From Octopus bimaculoides (taxonomy: Eukaryota): DNA of 64,000 nt. Positions 24,785-34,700 of this stretch are shown here, in pieces. The stretch spans positions 52,006,283 to 52,070,282 of the forward strand of contig NC_068982.1 in the NCBI RefSeq assembly GCF_001194135.2, in the 5' to 3' direction. Positions within the stretch are counted from its first letter, which is position 1. Every line of letters starts with the position of its first letter. A program made the translations under genes and the position numbers. Under the pieces are notes generated by a model. The model was not told the DNA's origin and ran no database searches. It saw only the letters and a list, made by a program, of their open reading frames with translations.

Positions 24785-25463
24785 GGGGGATACATGCATG
24801 CAAACAAATAAACATATAGAAGAAACCGACAGAATAAGTGCCAGGCTTTAAATAAAAAGCACTAGGGTCGATTCATTTGACTAAAAATTTAAGGCGGTGC
24901 TCCAGCATGGCTGTAGTCTAATAACTGAAAGAAATAAAAGACCAAAGATGAAATAGTCCTTGTGTGCATATCTAAAAACACATTCTCATAAGTAATTAGT
25001 TTTTATTAGGTAAGCGAAGAGACTGTATTGAGAGATAAGCATGGTGTTGTTTAGCTCGAAGTCATTTTTGATAACATCAAACTGTGATTAAAGTCTTTCT
25101 AGACGTCGCACCTTTTTTTCCGGCCAAGTTCATCAAAACTATATAATTTTTAAGAAGATAGAGAGTAATCTGATAGATTGAACTGCCATTTTTAGTAGTT
25201 CGAGTGACAACGTAGGGGTCCCCTCAAATAACACCTGTTTATAACAAGGGTTCAATAAGACCAGATGAGCGTATTTCTAGATAAAAGAAAACATCGGATC
25301 TACTAGTGAATGACCATAATTTATGGAATAAAATCTTAACGTAATTATAAGAAAACAAGCCAGAGTTTACTGAGTCAAGAATAGTCTCACCATGCGGGCA
25401 GTGTGGTGCGTTAGCAGCAGTAGAATCCAATACTACATCGTTATTATTTACATTCGCTGCCAT
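4056..25463 (-). CDS. ZCCHC4: ZCCHC4 rRNA N6-adenosine methyltransferase, whole gene model: join(25463-25391, 23566-23365, 22225-22036, 19717-19626, 17663-17591, 14621-14402, 13079-12979, 10662-10544, 9127-9052, 8701-8578, 4234-4056)
   Basis: 11 exons, all GT-AG and phase-continuous, 1449 nt = 482 aa + stop. Motifs in ZCCHC4 order: GRF zinc finger (PHCPHGPTLLF...[17 protein letters not shown]), CxxC (YCIDCQLLL), [28 protein letters not shown], catalytic DPPF (VVFDPPFG), LPYFME...[20 protein letters not shown], Cys-rich C-terminal fingers. Family recognised from memory of the human protein. Confidence 0.95.
5062..6370 (-). repeat. Two RTE-family 3' tail copies (about 5062-5600 and 5850-6370)
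   Basis: shared core CATTCCATGCTAGCATGGGTTGGATGATTTGACTGAGGACTGGTG. Confidence 0.8.
5766..5786 (+). repeat. Short interstitial (TTAGGG)n tract
   Basis: TAGGG TTAGGG TTAGGG TTAG. Confidence 0.7.
7982..8352 (+). repeat. tRNA-derived SINE, near full length
   Basis: A-box GGCTCAGTGGTTAGG, degenerate B-box GCAGTTCAACTCC, central body, (CAA)n tail. Confidence 0.8.
8578..8701 (-). CDS. ZCCHC4: ZCCHC4 exon 10 ([41 protein letters not shown])
   Basis: acceptor gttattttttag|GGT, donor AAAT|gtaagt; matches the human [21 protein letters not shown] pattern. Confidence 0.93.
9052..9127 (-). CDS. ZCCHC4: ZCCHC4 exon 9 ([25 protein letters not shown])
   Basis: acceptor tattttaatag|G, donor AAA|gtaaat; Cys/His zinc-finger pattern. 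Confidence 0.93.
10544..10662 (-). CDS. ZCCHC4: ZCCHC4 exon 8 ([40 protein letters not shown])
   Basis: acceptor tatgcaaaacag|ATT, donor TACTG|gtatgt. Confidence 0.93.
11563..11870 (-). repeat. RTE-family 3' tail copy with two 67-bp modules
   Basis: same core; module starts at 11743 and 11810. Confidence 0.8.
12510..12905 (+). repeat. tRNA-derived CORE-like SINE family, best copy; others at about 7500-7640+, 10705-10900+, 11100-11420-, 13240-13400+, 16260-16420-, 22690-23005+, 24480-24600-, 25590-25960-, 33720-33860+, 35370-35530-, 53250-53340+, 55243-55605+, 59150-59660-, 61390-61770-, 62100-62710-, 62990-63420-
   Basis: GGCTGTGTGGTAAG (A-box), GGTTCAGTCCC (B-box), GGCACCTTGGGCAAGTGTCTT core, internal (TA)/(TG) tract, tail CCAGCATGGCCACAGTCAAAT-ACTGAAACA. 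Confidence 0.85.
12979..13079 (-). CDS. ZCCHC4: ZCCHC4 exon 7 ([33 protein letters not shown])
   Basis: acceptor ttcatcctttag|AA, donor AAG|gtaaag. Confidence 0.93.
13407..13487. repeat. (TA)n microsatellite; similar tracts at about 16195-16255, 30728-30823 (TA then TAGA), 39117-39180, 46732-46775, 49830-49937, 59400-59492; poly-A at about 1-21 and 44938-44965
   Basis: read directly. Confidence 0.97.
13760..14250. repeat. Unclassified ~450-bp element with inverted subterminal blocks; related copy at about 3065-3485
   Basis: TATCCCCACTTCAACATGGATGTTCTATTAGAACAAAC near 13785 is inverted near 14190-14228; body shared with 3075-3440. Confidence 0.65.
14402..14621 (-). CDS. ZCCHC4: ZCCHC4 exon 6 ([20 protein letters not shown]...[15 protein letters not shown]...QWQSLSK)
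   Basis: acceptor ttttttcttcag|ATG; donor AAAA|gtattg (another phase-1 GT 12 nt earlier is also frame-compatible); contains the DPPF catalytic motif. Confidence 0.92.
14820..15055 (+). mobile_element. R4/Dong-like non-LTR retrotransposon fragment (post-RT region)
   Basis: [36 protein letters not shown]...[20 protein letters not shown] resembles the NKxxAxNxFAxP and LYLxRxxGGRG signatures. Confidence 0.65.
15225..15940. repeat. Three young RTE-family tails: + (15225-15413), - (15431-15585), - (15763-15940)
   Basis: near-identical core; the first two are tail-to-tail. Confidence 0.9.
16865..17305 (-). repeat. RTE-family tail inserted in a TTAA-bounded MITE
   Basis: the MITE halves flank it at 16812-16864 and 17316-17494. 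Confidence 0.8.
17306..17315. other. Assembly gap (10 N)
   Basis: N run. Confidence 0.99.
17591..17663 (-). CDS. ZCCHC4: ZCCHC4 exon 5 ([25 protein letters not shown])
   Basis: acceptor tttaatcttag|T, donor TAT|gtaagt; SAM-binding LLLD-x-D motif. Confidence 0.93.
19626..19717 (-). CDS. ZCCHC4: ZCCHC4 exon 4 ([30 protein letters not shown])
   Basis: acceptor aaatttcag|CAA, donor CCTAG|gtatgt; missed by the ORF track. Confidence 0.93.
19928..20145 (+). repeat. Third SINE family (GGTGAGCTGGCAGAA head; GACTTTGCCTTTCATCCTTTCGGGG core); others at about 6720-6830+, 20365-20590-, 20960-21480+, 36175-36330-, 50370-50590-, 54608-54812-, 58250-58340-
   Basis: repeated head, GAGTTCAAATTC B-box-like motif and (ATT)n tail. 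Confidence 0.8.
21483..21895 (+). mobile_element. Young RTE LINE 3' end ([48 protein letters not shown] + UTR + (GAT)n)
   Basis: intact C-terminal coding stretch, stop codon, then the shared 3' UTR. Confidence 0.88.
22036..22225 (-). CDS. ZCCHC4: ZCCHC4 exon 3 ([24 protein letters not shown]...[16 protein letters not shown])
   Basis: acceptor ttctaattgaag|A, donor GCG|gtgagt; aligns to the human RKFCQTCQQLLLP...PSQLLYPLENKKTNA region. Confidence 0.93.
23365..23566 (-). CDS. ZCCHC4: ZCCHC4 exon 2 ([37 protein letters not shown]...ENYQQR)
   Basis: acceptor tctctttgtag|GG, donor AAAG|gtaata; inside ORF 23361..23684. Confidence 0.95.
23620..24113 (+). mobile_element. Older RTE LINE 3' end of the same family, directly 5' (gene orientation) of the ZCCHC4 exon 2 acceptor
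   Basis: [16 protein letters not shown]...GKPSEI remnants plus shared UTR and GAT tail. Confidence 0.8.
25391..25463 (-). CDS. ZCCHC4: ZCCHC4 exon 1 ([25 protein letters not shown])
   Basis: ATG at 25463; donor CATG|gtgaga, phase 1; start of the GRF zinc finger. Confidence 0.9.
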
Positions 25464-26700
25464 CTTATCTGGCCATGTGCGCCGATGTGAAATAGTGGTT
25501 GTATTTGCCTGCAGAGCAGAACAGTCAGGTCTTCAAGTGAATACATATTTAATCCTTCAGAGAATAAATGCGAAATTAAAATGTTGGTAGCAAAAATATA
25601 TATATTTCGCATCTTTTATCTGCTACTTGTTTCAATCATTGGACTACGGCCACGCTTGAGTACCACTTTGAATGATTTAATCGACCAAACTGACTGCAGT
25701 AATTTTTTTCCTTTTTTTTTTAACCTGGTACTTACTCCTTGCTGTTACGGGGACATAAACAAACCAGTACTAGTTATTAAGCGATGATGGGGGCAAACAT
25801 TAACACAACAGGCTCCTTATAGTTTCTGCCTACTAAATCCATTCACAAGGTTGACCTGGGGTTATAATACAAGACATTTGGCCAAAGTGCTATGCAGTGC
25901 GACTGGACCCAGAACCAAGCGATTGGGAAGCAAACTTCTTAAGCACACGGCCACGCCTACAGGCAGAACATAGATCGTCTTTTTATTACATCACTTTATT
26001 TCTAAATTAATCTATTAACCAGATACTCTAGTAAATCTAAGTATGATCTGTACTTTTTCTCTGTTTAAGTCAAACCATTTTCCTCTCTTGGAATTTTTTT
26101 TTTTTCGCTTTCTAACGAAGTAATTCTTCCTTAGTTAAATTAGTGTCAACATATTTAATGCAGTGACCTTCACATATCTAATAATCATATAATGAGGAAA
26201 ATACAATTGGCTTAATGATAATATATTAATCATTTTTGGGAACATGAGAAATAATGATGGGCAGTTTTTTGTGTTATCAAACCTCTTCAACAAAGCAAAG
26301 ATTTCATCATACTTGCTAAAACAGTGGTGAGAGACTTGCTACATAGATGTTCAATTTAGTGAAGACAAACATGAAAAAATGCCTTCTTTTGGGCCCCTCA
26401 CTGCTTGATAGAGTTGTTTTGTGACATATGGTGTGTTTTGAAGATTTTAAGCTAGGCAGAGCCAGTCCCTCTCTTTTCCAGGTCTGCTCACAACCATTTC
26501 TTTCAGCGAGAGGGAGAGATAAAGAGAAAATGGGGGAAAGAATCAACCCCATTCTTCATTGACCTCTAAAGGATGGAAAGCAAAATTAACTTTGACAGGA
26601 AATGGAATTCAAATCCTAGAGAGCCAGAATGAATTCCACAAAGTATGATATTCAATAATCTAATAACTTAGCTCATATCTGAAAAAAAATTAGAGAGACA

Positions 26701-27111
26701 CAGGGCCAGAATCAGACCTAGTGTGCCCCCTAGGCCAATAGGTTTTGGGGCCCCCAATGGTTCAACTAATTCAAAATGTAATAAGATGACAAAGAGGCCT
26801 GATTAAATCTAAGGGTCTCAAAACTTAAAAGAGCCTCACTAGATTGAGAAGGTCTCAAATTTAATGGCTTTCTAAATCTAAAAGGACCCTATAAATCAAA
26901 AGAGGGAGCAATAATTTTAAAGGAACTCTACTGGATTTTTAAAAAAAATTAAAGAAGTAAAAAATTACTATGAATTATGTATTTGATTGATGCTAATATA
27001 TTAAAAAAATTTAAAACCCAAGCTTTAGGCTTCTCTGAGTTAAAGGGGTCTCCAATGCTTGGGGATCCCTGATCCAGGGCCTATATTGGCCCATACATAA
27101 ATCCTGCTCTG
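26701..27111. mobile_element. hAT-type MITE with 8-bp target-site duplication
   Basis: termini CAGGGCCAGAAT / AATCCTGCTCTG; flanks GAGAGACA (26693-26700) and CAGAGACA (27112-27119), 7/8 identical. Confidence 0.7.
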
Positions 27112-27734
27112 CAGAGACATAATCTCCTATGAGAAAAGATAGTCAAGTCAGTGTTAACTATTTAATGCAATGAAGAAAAGAGAACATTTTCTCAATGACT
27201 GGTATATTTTTAATAATTTTGGTTTTATTAAACATCTTCAGCAAAGCTTAACCTTCATCATATTATTATTTAACCTTCTAAATATTCTATTACATGCCTA
27301 CACATGTACAATATGAGTCACTCAGCATTACTTTGAGAAGTTCAGTGAAGTCTATGCTTTGCTGAAGAGTTCTAATAATGCCAAAACATGTCTGGAGTTG
27401 TCTCTTACACTTTTTGAAATTATTGTCCCTTCTGCATTTCACATGGAACTTTTGGTCTTCCAAAATCGCCTTGATGTATAAGTTGACCTACCTTTTCTTG
27501 CTGTAAATTTTCGTTTGAAAAATTCAACTTGTATACCAGAAAATACAGTATGTTGTTTTTTTAAATTAAGAGAAGAGGTTGAAGCCCATTTCTGCAGGAA
27601 TTCATAACATTTTCAGAATAATATAAAACAGACAAAAAGGATATTATTTTAGGATTCTTTATTTATTTGAATCTGAATGTTGTAAATCTCAATAGAATTG
27701 TCTATAAATTACAATAGTTGAATATACAATAATA

Positions 27735-28204
27735 ATAATGGTTTCGAATTTTGGCACAAGGCCAGCAATTTTGATGGGAAGGGAAAGTCAATTACATCAA
27801 CCCCTGTACTTGACCAGTACTTATTTTATCAACCCCAAAAGGATGAAAGGCAAAGTCAACCATGGTGGAAATTGAACTCAGACAAATAAAGCCAGAAGAA
27901 TTGCTGCTGAGCATTTTCCTGAAGTGCTTGCTGCATTTTCCTGAAGTGCTTGCTGCCTTAATGATAATAATAATATTGGTTTCAAATTTTGGCACAAAGC
28001 CAGCAATTACAGGGGAGGGGTAAATTGATTACATCGACCCCAGTGCTCAACTGGTACTTGTTTTGTCAACCATGAAAGGACGAAAGGTAAAGTCAACTTT
28101 TGGTGGAATTTGAACTTAGAATGTCAAGCTGGACGAATACTGCAAAGTATTTTGCCAGCATGCTAATGATTCTGCCAGCTTGCTGCCTTAATAATAATAA
28201 CAAC

Positions 28205-28274
<70 letters not shown>

Positions 28275-28445
28275 TTGATTACATTGACCCCAGTGCTTTA
28301 CTGGTACTTATTTCATCAATCTCAAAAGGATGAAAGGCAAAGTCAAACCTGACAGAATTTGAACTCAGAACACAAAGACGGAATGAAATGCCACTAAACA
28401 TTTCTCCTGGTGGAGTAGTAATAATAATAATAATAATAATAATGA
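27735..28445 (-). repeat. Tandem cluster of three partial copies of the third SINE family separated by (AAT)n tracts
   Basis: repeated GGATGAAAGGCAAAGTC core at about 27840, 28080, 28327; (AAT)n about 28190-28273. Confidence 0.8.
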
Positions 28446-28788
28446 ATACATCAACAAGTTTGAAACTTCTCATAGTGATAAATATCTCATCTCATCTAAG
28501 TTGTCCCATAGGATAAATAACAATAAAATATAAATAAGTAAAAGCAAAAGAATAAATAAATAAATAAATAGATAAATAAAAACATTTTCATAATACTTTT
28601 TCAAATCAAACTTTTGTTTTAAATAATCATTTTTAATTCTGAAATTATAAATAATTTAACCAAAACGACGACGACGATCAGTAGACTTTTTTTTTAATTG
28701 TTCCCAAATATCTTTAAACATATATTTCTGAAGCTAAAATAATTATACAATCAAACTTATGGCAGAAATAATATATATATTTAAATCA

Positions 28789-28973
28789 TTAACTTTTATT
28801 ACCATACTTCTGTTGAAATACACTGCCTTTGTTTCAAATAATTGTTGAAATAATGAAGAATTTGGTAAAATAACTTTGTTGTTATTAAGTTGGTATTTGA
28901 AATATGATGAAACAAGAAGTTTGTATCATAGAACCAGAGGTGGTATGAGACAGGTTGGCATCAAAAGAGTTAA
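28789..28973. mobile_element. Second TTAA-bounded MITE-like element
   Basis: TTAACTTTTATTACCA...TGGCATCAAAAGAGTTAA inverted termini. Confidence 0.5.
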
Positions 28974-29059
28974 ACAGCAACAAAAATGTCAAAATAAGGG
29001 CAATAAAAAAGGAAGATTAAATTATTTAGCTTTATTTTAGTTCATACATTCTGAGTATT

Positions 29060-29340
29060 GAATGGCAACAGAGGGTAACCAATAAAGACCTTCCCCTAAT
29101 ATCAAAGGTGGTCAGAGCCAAGAGACTCCATCTTGCTGGGCACTGCTACCGAGCCAAGAACAATTGCATCAGTGATGTGTTTACTCTGAAAACCAACACA
29201 TAGTCACAGGAGCACAGGTTAACTGGCTACAACATATATTGACAGACGCGTGATCAACAGGGGTGCATTAGTTCTCAAGTCGGCAATGGAAGACAGGGAT
29301 TATTGGAGGAATGTCTGTGCAGATTGAGGAAACTCGATCT
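29060..29340 (+). mobile_element. RTE-like LINE C-terminal fragment (second family)
   Basis: LPLISKVVRAKRLHLAGHCYRAK...SAMEDRDYWRNV. Confidence 0.7.
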
Positions 29341-29609
29341 AAGAGAGTTCATAATCAATTGCCTATGAAATAATGGTAATAATGTATTGTAGGGGAGAGA
29401 GAAAGTATATTTATGGAACCTAAATACATACATATATACTTGTGGATTATACAATATGGATTAAGTATTTAGAGTTTTCACCCAGTTACTAATCAGAATT
29501 TCTTGTGTTGTGTGATTGATACATACATACATACATCATCAATCAAAGTCTGTTTCCATGCTGCCTCAGGTTGGACAATATATAAGTTATTTTTCTGTAA
29601 ATTATATAT

Positions 29610-30060
29610 ATATATATAGTTATTGCCAAGTTAACATGGTATCCAGAAAAATAGGACAAATGTTGCCGTTGATTAGCTCCAAGAGGCCATCGCCTCTAAA
29701 TAGCTACGTGACATACAAACCTGTGTCCATTACAACCTTCGAACAGGGGAGGTCATCAACTTCTCCATGCTGAATCAGATATCCACAGACTAGTTTCAGG
29801 GTATTTGCCCTTTATCAATGTGGAGTAGTCAAACCCAGCAGGTGTCGTTGTTGACTGCCTGTTCGAAGGTTTATATATATCCAGTGGAACACGTCCACTG
29901 GTTTTCAAAAATAGAAATATTATTTCTAAATCTCTCTAAAGGAGACTACGGCAGCAGTACTGGGTATTAATAGTTATCGCCAAGTTAACATGGCAGTTCA
30001 TCTCTTTAGAGAGAATTAGAAATAATAATAATAATGATAATATTATATATATATATATAT
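29610..30060. mobile_element. Penelope-like element terminus (pseudo-LTR arrangement) flanked by (TA)n
   Basis: 24-bp direct repeat ATAGTTAT(T/C)GCCAAGTTAACATGG at 29616 and 29970; inverted repeat about 29920-29945 versus 30001-30027; 13-bp inverted repeat 29735/29858; internal hammerhead-like motif. Confidence 0.6.
29782..29824 (-). ncRNA. Degenerate minimal type I hammerhead ribozyme
   Basis: minus strand TCCACA-TTGATAA-AGGG-CAAATA-CCCT-GAAAC-TA-GTC-TGTGGA: 6-bp stem I, 4-bp stem II, GAAA, palindromic ACTAGT stem III, GUC site; core has 2 substitutions versus CUGAUGA. Confidence 0.7.
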
Positions 30061-30467
30061 AAGTACAAACAGGCAAACAACTGGTATCAGTTTAGACTAT
30101 GAAATCTATATATTTAAGCATGAGAACTGAGTTGCTACATGAGGATAAACCATAAAGAAAAAAGAAGGCATGTAGATAGTCTCTTGCAACTGTTTCAGGA
30201 ACAGATGATGCATTTTCCTGCAAAATGAAAGGCAGCTAGCCATACAGCAGCACTAATGAGGGAATAGATCACAGCTATATGGTGAGGTACTATTTGTTTG
30301 GCTGGATAATGTACCATCTGTGCAAATATTTTTGAAACAGCTGTAAGATACTAACTGCACACCTTACTTCCTTCTTCCTTATGATCTATACTCATGTAAC
30401 AAGTCAACCATAAGTACTAATTCTATGTACCTATTACTTTATTTCATGAAACTACCTGAATTATATA

Positions 30468-30579
30468 TATATAGCAATAAGAAAATGGAGGGGAATATGT
30501 GGTACTCATCAACTTGCAATACAATGTCTGCAAGTTGATGAGTACCACATATTCCCCTCCATTTTCTTATTGCTATATA
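30468..30579. repeat. Perfect inverted repeat, 51-bp arms, 10-nt spacer
   Basis: 30468-30518 is the exact reverse complement of 30529-30579. Confidence 0.95.
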
Positions 30580-30727
30580 AATTAAGGGTAAAATTTCCTT
30601 TCACCCGCACCCATTTATTGCACTCAGTAAAAACACTAGTGTAATAGTAATTGGGTATCCTTCCGGCAGTATATTGGATAGATATTATCCCTTAGTGGGT
30701 TGGATTCACAACCCCTAACTTTCTTGG

Positions 30728-30824
<97 letters not shown>

Positions 30825-31559
30825 TGATGTCTAAAAATCCATATGTAAGAAAAATTAAGCACATGTACATTTGTCAACAGAGTGGGTATATTAATCAAAG
30901 TGCACAATGTTATATATATATATCCATTATGGCTGATCTTACCAATCAGTTTCAGGCTAAGGGTTCAACAGTGTTAGACAACAGCCTTATGTAACCCTGT
31001 GCTCTTCAGAGATGGAAGTTATGGAATGAAATATATATTTGTATGTATACGTATAAAGATATGTACATAAATGTATCAACATGGAGAGTGGGCACAAAAT
31101 GATGACGATGATATATGTATATTTGATTTTCTGAGATGAAGAATTATCATTATTATATGCAAATATATTCAAACTAGAGTCCTTATTTTGGTGGTTATAG
31201 TCAACATTTTGGTTGTTGTACTCTTTGGCCTTCTTCAGATGCCTGTTGTATTTGGTAACATTCTCAGAATTTCTAACCAGCATTTTTTTAAAGATCTCCG
31301 AAGGTAGATTATTCTCATATCATTGCTTATTCCAGAGATTGTTCCTTATTAGCTATATTCTTACATGTGATGTCACAAGCTCATTCCACTCAGAACAGAG
31401 TATATGTCAGATTATTCTTAGGATTGAACTCACCCCTCCTGCTAACTAAAGTATTGCACATGACCTTTAACCAACACCTATATTCACAGTTCCATAGTAC
31501 TGCAGGACAATTAAATAATGAAAATTAGAAGCATTATACCTTTTTCATTTCTATGTTTA

Positions 31560-31750
31560 GATAAAATAAATAAGGTTAAAACAACATTTATAAGAATGGA
31601 AAAGATCCTCACCTCCAAAGATGCAACACTGCATCTAAAATTTATACTTATAAACTTTGTCATTTACGGGGAGAAACCTGGACAATGTATACAGCTACGG
31701 AGAAAAAAAAAAGAAGAAGCCTTTGAGATGTGAATCTTTTGCAGATTGAA
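31560..31750 (+). mobile_element. RTE-like LINE fragment
   Basis: MEKILTSKDATLHLKF...IYGEK...EEAFEM. Confidence 0.55.
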
Positions 31751-34700
31751 CAGGGTAAGTTGGAAAAACAGGACAAATGCTGTAGTACTAGAAAAGCTGG
31801 AAGTTCAAAAAGATATAATGTGAAGAATCAAGTCCACAAAGCTATCATATTTTGACAAAGAATGTGTTGTTTCTTATCTATTGCCTTGACTTTGTTCCAC
31901 AAGGATTAGTGACTTCTTTCTGTCCACAAATAATCAGCAATGTCAAATTTTCTACCTTTCAGCAGATGATGGCATTGTGATGTACCTTGAGCCTTGCTTT
32001 AGTGGGTGTCTACCTTTATTCAATGCCATCATATGGGGGGGGGGGGGCTTTAATTAAAAAAGAACACAAAACCTATGACTATAAAAAAAGGTCAGGGTTG
32101 AAGCCTCTAATTTCCATTAAATAATTGTCCTTCAGGACAAAAGGATAGTGAATATGAGCATTGGTTAAGGGTTAATTGCAGTACTTTACCAAGTAGATGT
32201 GGGTTCTGTTCCTTGATTAGTCAAGCAACATAAATACTTTGGTGCAAGTGAAATAAGCCAGCACAAGTAAGAGAATAGCTAATAAGTGGCACGACTGACA
32301 GGATGAGATCAAATACCCCATAGATTAAATAAAAGATTTGGTTTGCAATCCTGAGAACATTACCAAAAATGACAGACATCTGAATAAGGCTGGAAGGTAC
32401 AATGGTTGAACTACTGAGACTAACAACCAACATAGAACACTAGTCTGGAATATATCAGTGAATTTTATACACTTATATAAAGTGTCATTAAAATTGAAAA
32501 ACAAAACAAATGCGATAACCTCCAAGAATAATTATTTGAGGTCTTTCTGCAAGATGGTCGACATCGTGCTTTACTTTGAATAAAAGCTTTTATATATATA
32601 TATATAATAATAATAATAACAATAATAATAATAATGAACTTTTTGCACACAGTGCTCAGGTGCACAACAACTCATCAGAAAAAATAACCAAAACTGCATG
32701 AACAGTACATAGAATATGCACAGGAAGTGAATAGTGAATAAATCTTTAAAAAAAAAACTGGTGTGTGTTTGTGTGTGTGTCTCCTTCATGCACAGTCATG
32801 GACAAATGATTAAGATGTTTACTTTATAATCATGCGTTCCTGAGTACAATCCATCTGCATGGTACATTATGTAAGTGTCTGCGGAATGCTCAGCCAACTG
32901 CATTATAGTTTAATGAGAAGATAGCTGCATTGATCAAACAACTGAAATACTCATAAAAGATTCTCTGAAACAGCTTATCCAATGATTGCATTGGACAAAA
33001 TGGTAAGAAATAAGTAATGAAGATATGCCATTTTAAACCATAACACATTAATAAATACATATGGTTAGCCACAGCTATTAAGTACTCTCTATCTGGTTTA
33101 ATACCTGAATAATCCATATATATATTTATTATTAATGAACAAACATTGGACATATATGAACATTAGTAATACACATTAATCATTTCTATGATGAAATGAA
33201 TACAATAAAGACACAAAATACCTGCACCAATTGATTAAAATTATGCTTAACAAAGTTTATATTAACCAGAATAGTTCAACATTACACCGGTTAATAAACT
33301 TTTCAACAACTTGCTTGACTAAACATGCATAACAAAAAACTGAAACCTAATCACACACCTACTCACACTAATAAATAACATGCATATGCTCAAGAGTGCT
33401 AATAAGCATCTATTGAGCCACACCTGTGAATCATTATCAATTCATTATTCAGTAACATGATGTACTTAACAATGTCTTTTAATTCAGCTTCAGACGTCAT
33501 CAAGTGTAATATGTTTGAAATTCATGCTTATATTAACTAGATATGCTGAAACATGAAGCAGATGCTGGTGCAGCTTCCAGGTATTTGTGAACTGAATTTA
33601 ATTTGTAGACCTTAAAAGAGACTGTATATTTTCGTAGCTATCAGTGCTGGATGAACATCTCGATAAGATCTCAAATTTCTAGAACAAAAAGAAATCATCT
33701 TTACTAAACATTCAATGGCTATGCAGTTAAAAAGTTTGCTCTGCAACCACATAGCCTCAGGGTCAGTTTGATTGCACAACACTTCAGGTAAGAGCCTTCT
33801 ATTTTACCCTCAGGCTGCCCAACAGTGTAGGAAACCTGTTTGTGAGTATACATACATACCTACATACATGTATGTGCGAGAGAGAGCATAAACAAGCATA
33901 TATGTTAATATTCCACACCTATCACCAATGGAGCAAGCCAATGATGATGTTGCCATTCCTTGTTGACAATATGACCAATTGTTCTGAGCTTTTAGAAACT
34001 TCTGGAAGAAAAAAAACCCACTCAGAAAGACATATATGACTATAAAATCCTGCCTCAAATAACACGCCATCTAATGCACACTACTATGAAAAAACGGCTG
34101 TCAAACAACCAAACAAATTATTTCCATGCACAACAATATAAGGATATGGAAAAAAGCAATTCAGATTATCTAAATATTTTGAAAAATTATCAATAAAACA
34201 TGAGTTTATTAATGACAATGTTACTGTTTTGTTTTCACAAGTGATTAATTGATTTAAACCTTATTGGTCCTGAGTATATCAAAATATAAGTGAAAAGATT
34301 TACATAGATTTTATTTTTTTTAAATGATGATAGAAAAAAGAAACACAAAGATTTACAATATTAGTGTGGCAGTATCAAACTTCAGTGTATTATTCAGTTT
34401 TATTTCTGCAACAATATTTCTCTTGTATTTTTGATCTACCCTACACAATTATATATGTAGCTGGACACATCTTCATAGAAGACTGGAAATGAATGATACT
34501 ACTTGTATGATGTCAGGATAAGAAGACAAACACATGCATTCAGGTACACACACTCATTACATGTATATGTAATGAGATCGAGAGATTCTCTCAATATAGA
34601 AAACACTTAATAGTGCTCAAATAATTTGAATTTACACTCCAACATCTTTATAAGGGACCAAGTCCACAGGGAAAAGAGTGACTGTAAGAGGAATCCAGGT

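Noticed and set aside
27290-27490. 63-codon open minus frame (LYIKAILEDQKFHVKCRR...) as a hidden exon
   Set aside because: Poor acceptor, no homology recognised, and the sequence resembles the dispersed repeat also seen at about 26200-26330.
30987-31449. Asn/Lys-rich minus ORF (98 aa) and overlapping plus ORF (78 aa)
   Set aside because: No recognisable domain, upstream in-frame stops, no consistent splice sites, and it runs into microsatellite.
32890-33153. Hydrophobic 87-aa minus ORF as a membrane-protein exon
   Set aside because: F/L/I/Y richness is expected from AT-rich DNA; no motif and no partner exons.
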